A DNA stretch of 64,000 nt, from NCBI GenBank assembly GCA_964291295.2, contig OZ219754.1, forward strand, positions 2,560,001-2,624,000. The letters are read 5' to 3'. Position numbers and translations under genes: made by a program. Shown piece after piece: positions 48,968 to 57,973 of this stretch. Every line of letters starts with the position of its first letter. Within the stretch, counting starts at the first letter, position 1. The notes under the pieces are model-generated. The model made no database searches, was not told the origin of the DNA, and was given only the letters and a program-made list of their open reading frames with translations. The stretch is from an uncultured Candidatus Binatia bacterium (lineage in GTDB: Bacteria; Desulfobacterota; Binatia; UBA9968; JAJDTQ01).

Positions 48968-50409
48968 ATCGGTTCGACGATCCGGTAGGTCCGGCTCCTG
49001 GGCTTGACCGGAGCGAGGATGCCCATTTTGACCAGGCTGCGGATTTCCCGGTAGGCGGTGTCGCGGTCCACGTCGGCGATGCGCTGGTAGTCGGCCGTGG
49101 AAAGCAGCTTGTCGTGGGACAGCGCGTACACCAGCAGGCGCTGCTGGCGAACCGTGAGGCGGGAGCGGTCGAAGCGGCCGAGCCAGCGCAGGGCCTCGTC
49201 GTCGTACACCGGGGTGTTGCGCAGTGTCACGGTGAAGAAGAAGCCCTCGGTGGAAAACTCCGGCGGCCGCAGCGCGTTGTGTTCCATCTCCTGGAACATG
49301 CGAGGCACGCCTTCGCCGATTTCGCGCATGTAGCCCAGGTCCGACAGCACGCGCACCAGCAACGGATTGCGCGAGCAGTGCACCCGCTGTCGCTGGTTCA
49401 GATGATCCAGCGCGACCGGTGCCGGCAATGCGCCGGGGCTGCGCACTTCGAGACGGTCGTCGAACATCCAGAATTCGGTCTCCGCGCCCGTGATCGCGTA
49501 GTCGCGATGGGCGATCGCGTTGACCAGGGCCTCCTGCCAAGCAAACGAAGGGTATTCCAGACGTTCCCGAAAGAACAGGTCGTGCAGCACCATGCGCTCG
49601 CGGATGTGTTCCCTGATGCGTCCCACGGCCTCGTCGACGAGGGTCCACAGGGGGCGGTCGATGCGTACCCGCCTGATCACGTTCAGCCTCTCTCCGCAGC
49701 CCCTTTCCGTGCCCTCGTACTTCACGAAGTCGATGCCGCAGCGCGGGTGCCACCGGGCCGGTTCCGCCGCGAACAACAGCAGGGCGGCCATGGAAATCTC
49801 GGGCCGGTCCGTGGAACCGCGAATCAGGTGGTAGGTACGCGCCAGCAAGGACCAGGGATCCGTCCGCGCCCCCGTACGCTCGGCGAAGGACTCCATCGCG
49901 GCTTCGTCCAGGTCGGCCCGGGTCGCGCCGTGGACGCGCTGCCGTTCGTAGGCGTACGACAGCTTGGCCCCCTTCAGCAGCCGTATCTGCTCGGGCGCCA
50001 CCGTGGGGTTCTCCGAGGCGATTCGATAGAAGGTTCTGCCGCTGGCGACGCGGTGAATCTCCAGGCCCGGGGTCACCTCGAAACGGAGCAGCAGCAGATC
50101 GCCGAGGTCGACACGTTCGTGCAGGCACGGGAGCGGCGGATGGAGCAGGCTTTGGGGCACCCGGCCCAGCTCCCGTAGCTCCTGCTCGGAATAGGGCAGT
50201 CCGGTGAGGCTCTTGTCGGGCTCGACGCCCACGAGCAGCACACCGCCGTCGGCGTTGACCATGCCGTCGAGGATGCGCGCGATTTCGCGGGCCAGGCTCC
50301 CGGGCCGCTTTGTCCGAGCTCCGCGCTTCCTCTGCTCGTATGCGCTGATGAACTCGAAGAACTGGCCCCGGTCTTCCTTCAGGAGTGTTTCAGTCTGGCG
50401 TCGGGGCAT
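48964..50409 (-). CDS. Schlafen/AlbA_2 + HATPase_c_4 + wHTH 'ATP-binding' protein
   Basis: NADGGVLLVGV, EALVNAIAHRDY, DDRLEVRSPG, SRNPLL, GEGVPRM, C-terminal HTH. Confidence 0.85.
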   Translation of the reverse strand: MPRRQTETLLKEDRGQFFEFISAYEQRKRGARTKRPGSLAREIARILDGMVNADGGVLLVGVEPDKSLTGLPYSEQELRELGRVPQSLLHPPLPCLHERVDLGDLLLLRFEVTPGLEIHRVASGRTFYRIASENPTVAPEQIRLLKGAKLSYAYERQRVHGATRADLDEAAMESFAERTGARTDPWSLLARTYHLIRGSTDRPEISMAALLLFAAEPARWHPRCGIDFVKYEGTERGCGERLNVIRRVRIDRPLWTLVDEAVGRIREHIRERMVLHDLFFRERLEYPSFAWQEALVNAIAHRDYAITGAETEFWMFDDRLEVRSPGALPAPVALDHLNQRQRVHCSRNPLLVRVLSDLGYMREIGEGVPRMFQEMEHNALRPPEFSTEGFFFTVTLRNTPVYDDEALRWLGRFDRSRLTVRQQRLLVYALSHDKLLSTADYQRIADVDRDTAYREIRSLVKMGILAPVKPRSRTYRIVEPI

Positions 50410-51557
50410 GCTTGACGGCATCCCTCCAGGCGGACCACTTCGCGGACGATCCGGGCCGCGGTCACCAGGTCGTTGACATCGAGCCATTCATGGACCGTGT
50501 GGATGTCCCGCATGCCGCTGGCCAGGTTGACCACCTGAAGCCCCCGCTGGTTGAATACGTTGGCGTCGCACCCGCCACCCTTGGCGACGGTGTCCACAGC
50601 CAGTCCCAGGTTGTGCGCGGCCTCGTGAACGCGCCGGACGATGGCCGTCTCCCGGGACACGTCCATGCGGTCGTATTCCCGCCTGATCCGGGATTCCACG
50701 CGCGCCTCGTGGCGACGGCCATCCAGCTCCACCGCGGTGCCGGCGGCGGCCGCCTCCAGGCAGGCGATCATCGCCCGGGTCTGCCGTTGGAGTTTCCCTT
50801 CGTCGTGGCTGCGTACTTCACCGGTGAGCGTGAGCCGACCGGGCACGATGTTCACGGCCGTCCCGCCGCTGGCCAGGCCGAGATTGGCGGTGGTGTCCTC
50901 GTCGATGCGTCCGAGCGGCATGGCGGCGATGCCCTTGGCGGCCACCTGAAGCGCGTTGATGCCTCGCTCCGGGCATATGCCGGCATGAGCCTCCAGGCCG
51001 TGAACCACGAACTCCAGGTGGTTGACCGCCGGTGCCCGGGTGACCAGGAGCTGGATGGAGTCGCTGTCCAGCACCAACCCTGTCTTCGCGCGCACGAGGC
51101 CCAGGTCCAGGTGCTTGGCGCCCAGCAGGCCCACCTCCTCGCATATGGTGAAGACCACGTCGATGTGCCCGTGGGGCAGCTTCTCCTCGCGCACGGCCTG
51201 AAGTGCTTCCAGGATGATGGCGAGGCCGCTCTTGTCGTCGCCTCCCAGCACGGTATTGCCGTCGCTGCGGATCAAGTCCCCCTCCACCACCGGCACCACC
51301 CCTTCGCCCGGACTCACCGTGTCCATGTGCGCGGACAGCAGCAGCGGCTCCGCGCCGTCCACGTTGCCGTCGACATGGGCGACGAGATTGCCCACCTCGC
51401 CGCCCACCGCCGCGCCCGCCTCGTCCATGAAGACGCGGGCGTCCAATGCTTCGAGCATCTCCTTGAGCCGCCGCGCGACAGCTCCTTCCCTGCGGGACAG
51501 GCTGTCGATCCGCACCAACTCCAGCACGCGTTCCCTGAGACGCTCCTTGTCGATCAA
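50379..51557 (-). CDS. M20 family peptidase (peptidase T-like)
   Basis: SAHMDTV, LGGDDKSG, CEEVGL, GGGCDAN, IHTVHE; probable TTG start after GGAGG. Confidence 0.92.
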   Translation of the reverse strand: MIDKERLRERVLELVRIDSLSRREGAVARRLKEMLEALDARVFMDEAGAAVGGEVGNLVAHVDGNVDGAEPLLLSAHMDTVSPGEGVVPVVEGDLIRSDGNTVLGGDDKSGLAIILEALQAVREEKLPHGHIDVVFTICEEVGLLGAKHLDLGLVRAKTGLVLDSDSIQLLVTRAPAVNHLEFVVHGLEAHAGICPERGINALQVAAKGIAAMPLGRIDEDTTANLGLASGGTAVNIVPGRLTLTGEVRSHDEGKLQRQTRAMIACLEAAAAGTAVELDGRRHEARVESRIRREYDRMDVSRETAIVRRVHEAAHNLGLAVDTVAKGGGCDANVFNQRGLQVVNLASGMRDIHTVHEWLDVNDLVTAARIVREVVRLEGCRQACPDARLKHS

Positions 51558-51931
51558 GACATGCTCCTCCGTGCTCGTGGCCGCAAGGCGTGAGGCCGCC
51601 CGGCCCACGGACGTTGCCCCTCGCGGTGGCGGGAGTCTACTACGAAACGGGCGGGCGGGTCCATGCGTCGTCGGATCCCTCCGAATTCGTCCGGCGTGCC
51701 GCCGGCGTCGGAGGGGCGCCGGTGGGAAGCCGGTGCGGCGGTGTGGGTGGATGGCCTTGACGGGCCGTGGCCGTAGGCCCGAGGCAGTTTGGCCGCGCCA
51801 GGGGGTTTTGATAGTATCCCATCGATCGATGACGCTCGGCGCGGTTCCGGGCATCAGCATTCGGGCGTCGGTGTCCGGCGTCGGCATCCGGCTTTCCGGG
51901 CGCCGGCATTCGGTGTCCCGGAGATCATCCC

Positions 51932-53731
51932 ATGCAGAACGGCGATTCCGACCCGCGAGTGAACGTTCGCTACCAGCCAGATGAGAACCCTCCGCCGGCG
52001 CTTGCCGTCGGACTCGGTCTCCAGCTTGCCATTCTCTGTATCAGCGGAATCGTGCTGACGCCTGCCATCGTGATCCGGGCCGCCGGCGAAAGCGAAGCCT
52101 TTCTTGCCTGGGCGGTGTTTGCCGCGGTCGTGGTCAGCGGCGTGACGACGGTGCTGCAGGCGGTGCGGGTGGGCCGCTTCGGTTCCGGGCACGTGCTTCT
52201 CATGGGCACCTCCGGGGCGTTCATCGCGGTCTCGGTCACGGCGCTGGTGCAGGGCGGGCCGGGGATGCTCGCCACCCTGGTGCTGATCTCGTCGTGCTTC
52301 CAGTTCCTTCTCTCGTCGCGGCTTGCGCTGCTGCGGCGGATCCTGACCCCGGCGGTGGCGGGCACTGTCATCATGCTGATACCGGTGACGGTGATGCCGA
52401 TCATCTTCCGCATGTTGAAAGACGTGCCGGAGGGGTCCCCGGCGCTGGCGGCCCCCGTGACCGCTCTGGTCACCTTCGTGGTGATCGTCTGCATCGCTCT
52501 CAAGGCAACCGGATCGTTGCGGCTCTGGGCGCCGGTCATCGGAGTGGGGGTGGGCTCGCTGGTGGCGGCCGCCTTCGGCCTCTACAACGGCGCCATGGTG
52601 GCGGGCGCGTCCTGGGTGGGTCTTCCGGACGGCGAATGGCCGGGTCTGGATCTGGGTTTCGGCGCGGCCTTCTGGTCCCTTCTTCCTGCGTTCGTCTTCG
52701 TGACCCTGGTGGGCGCCATCGAAACCATCGGTGACGCCGTGGCTATCCAGCGTGTTTCCTGGCGTGGAACCCGTGCGGTGGATTTCCGCACGGTACAGGG
52801 AGCGGTGGGGGCCGACGGAGTCGGCAATCTGTTGTCCGGCGTTGCCGCCACGCTGCCCAACACGACCTACTCCACGAGCATTGCGGTGACCGAACTGACC
52901 GGGGTTGCCTCCCGCGCGGTGGGGGTCGCCATCGGCGTCATCTTCGTCATGCTGGCCTTTTTGCCCAAGGCGCTGGCGGTGATTCTGGCGATACCCAACC
53001 CCGTGGTCGCCGCCTATGTCACGGTGTTGCTGGCTCTGCTGTTCGTGGTCGGCATGAAGGTGGTGGTCCAGGACGAGATGGACTATCGCACGGCGCTGAT
53101 CGTGGGGGTATCGTTCTGGGCCGGCGTGGGCTTCCAGAACGGGGTTCTCTTCCCGGAATACTTCGCCGAGTTCGCCGGCGGGCTGCTGCAGAACGGCATG
53201 ACCGCGGGCGGGCTGGTGGCCATCCTGCTGACGCTGTTCGTGGAGTTGACCGCACCCCGGCCGAGCCGCATCGAAGTGGAACTCGGGACCGAAGCGCTGC
53301 CCAGGGTCCGGGAGTTCCTGGTGGGCTTTGCTACACGCGGCGGCTGGGACAGGGCCATGGCGGACCGGCTGGACGCCGCGGGCGAGGAGACGCTGCTGAC
53401 GCTGATGCGGCAGGACGAGGAAGGCCGGAGGGAAGGCACGGGGGAAGCCCTGGAGGGCAAGGGGAGGAAATCGCGCCGGCTGCGATTGACCGCCCGCAGG
53501 GAAGGCCGCGGCGCCGCCCTGGAATTTGCCGCCGGGGCCGGCGTCGAGAACATCCAGGATCGTATCGCACTGCTGGGTGCGGCTTCGGTGGAGGTGGCGG
53601 CGGAACGGGAGGTCTCGCTTCGGCTGCTGCGGCACCTGGCCTCAAGGGTCCATCACCAGCAGTATCACGACATCGACATCGTGACCGTCCGCGTGGATGC
53701 GCCGGCAATCGACCCGGCGGCCTCCGCCTGA
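51932..53731 (+). CDS. NCS2 (xanthine/uracil) permease with C-terminal soluble domain
   Basis: GTSGAFI, ETIGD, ADGVGN, PNTTYSTS; about 155 extra aa after the last TM helix. Confidence 0.88.
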   Translation: MQNGDSDPRVNVRYQPDENPPPALAVGLGLQLAILCISGIVLTPAIVIRAAGESEAFLAWAVFAAVVVSGVTTVLQAVRVGRFGSGHVLLMGTSGAFIAVSVTALVQGGPGMLATLVLISSCFQFLLSSRLALLRRILTPAVAGTVIMLIPVTVMPIIFRMLKDVPEGSPALAAPVTALVTFVVIVCIALKATGSLRLWAPVIGVGVGSLVAAAFGLYNGAMVAGASWVGLPDGEWPGLDLGFGAAFWSLLPAFVFVTLVGAIETIGDAVAIQRVSWRGTRAVDFRTVQGAVGADGVGNLLSGVAATLPNTTYSTSIAVTELTGVASRAVGVAIGVIFVMLAFLPKALAVILAIPNPVVAAYVTVLLALLFVVGMKVVVQDEMDYRTALIVGVSFWAGVGFQNGVLFPEYFAEFAGGLLQNGMTAGGLVAILLTLFVELTAPRPSRIEVELGTEALPRVREFLVGFATRGGWDRAMADRLDAAGEETLLTLMRQDEEGRREGTGEALEGKGRKSRRLRLTARREGRGAALEFAAGAGVENIQDRIALLGAASVEVAAEREVSLRLLRHLASRVHHQQYHDIDIVTVRVDAPAIDPAASA

Positions 53732-53797
53732 GTTCGCCCGCGGTGCATGGGCGGTCCGCTTCGGGTTCCATGGTGGCCGGCGGAGGAGGTCGGGGAA

Positions 53798-53874
53798 TGG
53801 TGGCGGTGGCTGGACTTGAACCAGCGACGCCGCGGATATGAGCCGCGTGCTCTGACCAACTGAGCTACACCGCC
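53798..53874 (-). tRNA. tRNA with CAT anticodon (elongator Met likely)
   Basis: Reverse complement GGCGGTGTAGCTCAGTTGGTCAGAGCACGCGGCTCATATCCGCGGCGTCGCTGGTTCAAGTCCAGCCACCGCCACCA; G1-C72 paired, so not initiator. Confidence 0.93.
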
Positions 53875-54198
53875 ACTGTGTGTGAGGAACGCTCCGTGCG
53901 GAGAACGCTCGCGGGGGGACCGGCGCCCGGATTCGTCAATCATAGAACGCGCTCCGTGAACATGCAAGCCGTGGACGCGCCGGGACCGGGGCCGGCCCGG
54001 TCCGTGTTGCAGATCCGTATCGCAATCTGCCTTGCAAGTCTGTCTTGCAATATTCTCCGCCGTTCACTATTAGTCAGCGGACGCCGCCGTTCACCGGACG
54101 AGGCAGTGCGACCTCCGAACCGGACACGACGGTTCCATCCCGGGTCCACCGGGTCCGCGGGGGAAGAAGGGCCACGTCGCTGAAGGGAGGAAAGCGCC

Positions 54199-55236
54199 AT
54201 GCGCGGTTGGGTGACACATGCGTTCAACGACATGCGCCTGGAGGAGTTGCCGGATCCGGAATGCCGGCCTGGCTGGGCGGTCCTCAAGACCCGGGTGGTG
54301 CAGCCCTCGGTGACCGAGGTGCAGCTTTTCTGCGGGGAGCGTTCCAACAGCTACGACAAGGTCAGGGAGAAGCTGGCCCAGGGTCCCGAGCCGCTCTTCG
54401 GGCATGAGTTCTGCGCCGAGGTCGTGGAGGTCGGCAAGGACAATGGTTACGGGCTGGCGGCGGGCGACCGGGTGGGCGCCACCCACACGGAGTTCGGCAC
54501 CATCGGGCGGGACTTCCCGGGTCTGTTCTCCGAATACGCGGCGGTACCGCTGGATGCGCTTGCCAGGATTCCCGAGGGGATCAGTGATTGGGAGGTGGCC
54601 GCGCTTCAGCCCCTCACGAGTTGCGTCCACAACATCCAGGTGCTGGGCGTGACGCTGGGAGCCACGGTGCTGGTGCTGGGACAGGGCGTCATGGGCCTCA
54701 ACTCGGCGCAGGCGGCCAAGGCCGCGGGTGCGGACACGGTCATCGGCACCGACATGAGACCCGAGATCCTGGAGTTGGCCAGATCCCTGGGGGTCGATGT
54801 CACCATCGACGCCTCGAAGGAGGACGTGGTGGAGGCGGTGATGGACCTGAGTGGCGGCAAGGGCATTCCTTTCGTTATCGAGGCGGCCAGCGGCAGCCCC
54901 CGGATGGGCCTGTCGGGCGGTGCCACGGTGTCGGAGGCGGTGGCGTGCGTCGCCACTGGCGGCACGGTGCTCAGCATTCCGCATTTCCATCAGCCCGTGA
55001 CCCTGGACTTCAACTATCTGCGGGCCAGGCGGGTCACCTACATGTTCCCGCCGGAACTGGCACACCCCGAGGAGATGGTCCTGGCCGCCCGGCTGGTGGC
55101 GCAGAAGCGCATCCGCATCGATCCCATGATCACCCACAAGCTGGAGGGCATCGACAAGATGCCCGAAGCCTTGGACATTACCGCCAACAAGTCCAGGCAC
55201 GGCGCGTTGAACCCGGCGCAGGTGCGGTTTTCGTAG
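54199..55236 (+). CDS. MDR (zinc-ADH-like) dehydrogenase with altered metal ligands
   Basis: FGHEF..EVVEVG, GDRV, VLGQGVMG, MITH. Confidence 0.85.
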   Translation: MRGWVTHAFNDMRLEELPDPECRPGWAVLKTRVVQPSVTEVQLFCGERSNSYDKVREKLAQGPEPLFGHEFCAEVVEVGKDNGYGLAAGDRVGATHTEFGTIGRDFPGLFSEYAAVPLDALARIPEGISDWEVAALQPLTSCVHNIQVLGVTLGATVLVLGQGVMGLNSAQAAKAAGADTVIGTDMRPEILELARSLGVDVTIDASKEDVVEAVMDLSGGKGIPFVIEAASGSPRMGLSGGATVSEAVACVATGGTVLSIPHFHQPVTLDFNYLRARRVTYMFPPELAHPEEMVLAARLVAQKRIRIDPMITHKLEGIDKMPEALDITANKSRHGALNPAQVRFS

Positions 55237-55330
55237 GGCGGAGGTTTTCGCCCCCGGCGGACGCGGGCGGGTGGTCCCGTTGGGCGACCCGGGGACGAGA
55301 CAGGAACGGAGCAACCCTGGAGGAGATCCA

Positions 55331-56344
55331 ATGAACATGAACGCCAAGATCATCGACGCCGACGGGCACGTCAGGGACCGGGACGCAGACATCCGCGCCC
55401 ATATGGAGGACCCCTGGAACCGGCGCGAGGGCTCGCTGCTGCCTTCGGACGAGTGGGACTCCAGCATGTTCGGCACCTTGGGCATGAACATCACCGACGT
55501 ACCCACGCGTCTGCGCGACATGGACACCGAGGGCATCGAAATGTCGGTGCTGTTTCCCACCGGCGCGTTCCACGTGAACCGCATGCCGGAAAAGGCCTAC
55601 GCGGGAGCCTTTTCGCGCGCCTACAACAACTGGATCTCGAGCCTGTGCGGCGAGGCGCCGGAGCGTCTCAAGGGCGTCGGCGTCGCGCCTTTCCAGGACG
55701 TGCCGGCGGCGGTGGAGGAGATCAATCGCGCGGTCACCCGGCTCGGCGTCGCGGGCATCACGGTGGGCACCTTCGGCATGAAGGACCACTTGGGGCAGGA
55801 ACTCTTCTGGCCCATCTACGAGGAGCTGGAGCGGCTGGACGTGCCCTTGCTGATCCACAACTCGCGCTCCGGTCCGGCCGGCGAGAACCGCTTTGACACC
55901 TTTCTGTTCAAGCACACCATCGGCCGTCCCTTCGAGACCATGCTGGACTGCGCCGCGTTGATGTACGGCGGCGTGCCGGAGCGGTTCCCGAAATTGCGCA
56001 TCGCCTTCCTGGAATGCGGGGTGGGCTGGGTCCCCTACTGGATGGACCGGATGGACGAAGAGTACGAGCACCGGAAGTCCGAGGCGCCGCTGCTCAAGGC
56101 CATGCCCAGCGAGTACATGAAGGCGGGGAACTGGTACTACGCCGCCGAGCCGGAGGAGGCGAGCCTTCCATACGGCATCGAACGGGTCGGGGAGAGGAAC
56201 ATCGTGTTCGCTTCCGACTACCCGCACTGGGACGGCATGTTTCCCAACGTGACCAGGACCATCAGGGAGCGGTCGGACATTTCCGAGGACTTCAAGGCCC
56301 GGTTCCTGGGAGAGAACGCCAAGGCGCTCTACGGCTGGGACTGA
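55331..56344 (+). CDS. Amidohydrolase_2 family protein
   Basis: IDADGH, LIH, ECGVGW, FASDYPHWD, GENA. Confidence 0.92.
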   Translation: MNMNAKIIDADGHVRDRDADIRAHMEDPWNRREGSLLPSDEWDSSMFGTLGMNITDVPTRLRDMDTEGIEMSVLFPTGAFHVNRMPEKAYAGAFSRAYNNWISSLCGEAPERLKGVGVAPFQDVPAAVEEINRAVTRLGVAGITVGTFGMKDHLGQELFWPIYEELERLDVPLLIHNSRSGPAGENRFDTFLFKHTIGRPFETMLDCAALMYGGVPERFPKLRIAFLECGVGWVPYWMDRMDEEYEHRKSEAPLLKAMPSEYMKAGNWYYAAEPEEASLPYGIERVGERNIVFASDYPHWDGMFPNVTRTIRERSDISEDFKARFLGENAKALYGWD

Positions 56345-56364
56345 CCGCGCACGGGACGCTTCAC

Positions 56365-56850
56365 GTGCGACCGACAGTTGGAACGGCCTTCAGTCTCCTG
56401 GTCCTGGTCTTCTTTGGCTACATGGTGTGGGAGGCCGGGGACTGGCGGCTGCAGGCACGCCTCTACCCTTGGGTCATCGGCATCCCCATGATAATCCTGG
56501 CCATCGTCAACCTTGTGCAGGAGTTCCAGGGGTCGAAGGAAGGGCAAGCCTCCGACGACGCTCCCGCCGACTTTCAGCTTACCCGGGTCGTGGACAGGGC
56601 CGTTGCCGTGCGCCGCACGGTCATGATCCTGTCCTGGATCCTGGGCTTCCTGGCCGGGGTCTGGCTCGTGGGCTTCTCCATCACCATCGCCGCCATGACC
56701 TTTGGCTGGCTCAAGATACAGTCGAGGGAAGGCTGGCCCATGTCGCTTGTCCTGACGGCGGCGGCGTGGCTGGTCTATTACGTGCTGTTCGAACGTACGC
56801 TGCTGTTGCCGTTTCCCGACGGCGTGCTTTTTCTGTGGCTGGGAGGGTAG
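56365..56850 (+). CDS. Tripartite tricarboxylate transporter small subunit (TctB-like)
   Basis: Four hydrophobic helices, ARLYP, LF...L..PFPDG; next to TctC/TctA. Confidence 0.8.
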   Translation: MRPTVGTAFSLLVLVFFGYMVWEAGDWRLQARLYPWVIGIPMIILAIVNLVQEFQGSKEGQASDDAPADFQLTRVVDRAVAVRRTVMILSWILGFLAGVWLVGFSITIAAMTFGWLKIQSREGWPMSLVLTAAAWLVYYVLFERTLLLPFPDGVLFLWLGG

Positions 56851-56907
56851 ACGCATCCACGGACGGGTGAGATGTAACCGTTTGGGCTCAACCAAGGGAG
56901 GTGTGCC

Positions 56908-57963
56908 ATGACGAAACGAGCGATCTTCCGGACCGTTTTCGTACTGCTGCTGGCCGGATTCCTGTTCACCGGCTTCTCGAATCCGGCGGCGGCCAAGGAC
57001 TTCTATGAAGGCAAGACCATTCGCATCCTCGTCTGCTGCTCGCCGGGGGGATTCTACGACCGGTGGGCCAGGCTGTTCGCGCGGTACCTGGGCAGGTACA
57101 TCCCCGGGGAGCCGGACATCATCGTACAGAACATGCCCGGGGCCGGTTCGCTCATTGCCGCCAACTATGTCTACAACATCGCCAGGCAGGACGGCACGGC
57201 CATCGTCATGCCGTTGGCGGGACTCTATCTGGACCAGGTCGTGGGGAGAAAGGAAGTTCGCTTCGACATTGCCAGGTTCCAGTGGCTGGGCACGCAGGAG
57301 GTGAGTCACTCGGTGCTTTTCTGCCGCAGCGACTCGCCCTACAAGAGCGTTGACGACCTGATCCGGAACAAGGAGGAGCCGGCGCGGCTCGGCAACACCG
57401 GCACCGCGGGCAACAGCTATCTCCTGGGCAAGATCCTCGAGCGGGGCGTGGGAGCGAACTTCAATTTCGTCATGGGTTATCCCGGCGGCAGCGAAATCGA
57501 CCTGGCGGTGGAAAGGGGCGAAGTGGTCTGCCGCGGCATGAGCATCCCTCCGCACTTCGGCCGGGAGCCCTATCTGAGCTGGCACAAGCGGAAATTCGTC
57601 CGGCAGCTGGTTCAGAGCGGACGTGAACGGGATCCGCGGCTGAAGGACACCCCGACCCTGCAGGAACTGTTCGACAAGTACGGCGCCTCGAAGCAGATAC
57701 GCGCCATGGCTTCGGTGATCTTCGCCAGCGGCGATTTCGGACGCCCCTTCGCGGTCGCCCCCGGTGTTCCGGCCGACCGCGTCAAGATCCTGCGCACCGC
57801 CTACGCCAAGGCCTTGCAGGATCCGGCGCTGCTGGCCGAGGCCAGGAAGGGACGGATGGACGTGCTGCCGTCCAGCGGAGAGAAGGTGCAGAAGCTGGCC
57901 AGGAGCGTGGTGAGCCAGCCCGGGGATGTGGTGGACGGCGTCAAGGAGATCCTGGGAAGGTAG
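56908..57963 (+). CDS. Tripartite tricarboxylate transporter substrate-binding protein (TctC/Bug)
   Basis: FYEGKTIRILV..SPGGFYD, VQNMPGAGS, GYPGG.E..LAVERGE. Confidence 0.92.
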   Translation: MTKRAIFRTVFVLLLAGFLFTGFSNPAAAKDFYEGKTIRILVCCSPGGFYDRWARLFARYLGRYIPGEPDIIVQNMPGAGSLIAANYVYNIARQDGTAIVMPLAGLYLDQVVGRKEVRFDIARFQWLGTQEVSHSVLFCRSDSPYKSVDDLIRNKEEPARLGNTGTAGNSYLLGKILERGVGANFNFVMGYPGGSEIDLAVERGEVVCRGMSIPPHFGREPYLSWHKRKFVRQLVQSGRERDPRLKDTPTLQELFDKYGASKQIRAMASVIFASGDFGRPFAVAPGVPADRVKILRTAYAKALQDPALLAEARKGRMDVLPSSGEKVQKLARSVVSQPGDVVDGVKEILGR

Positions 57964-57973
57964 CGGACCGTCC

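Noticed and set aside
48968-50128. 720-aa methyltransferase 'fusion'
   Set aside because: The upstream part is an alternative frame of the AlbA_2 gene with Arg/Pro-rich junk composition.
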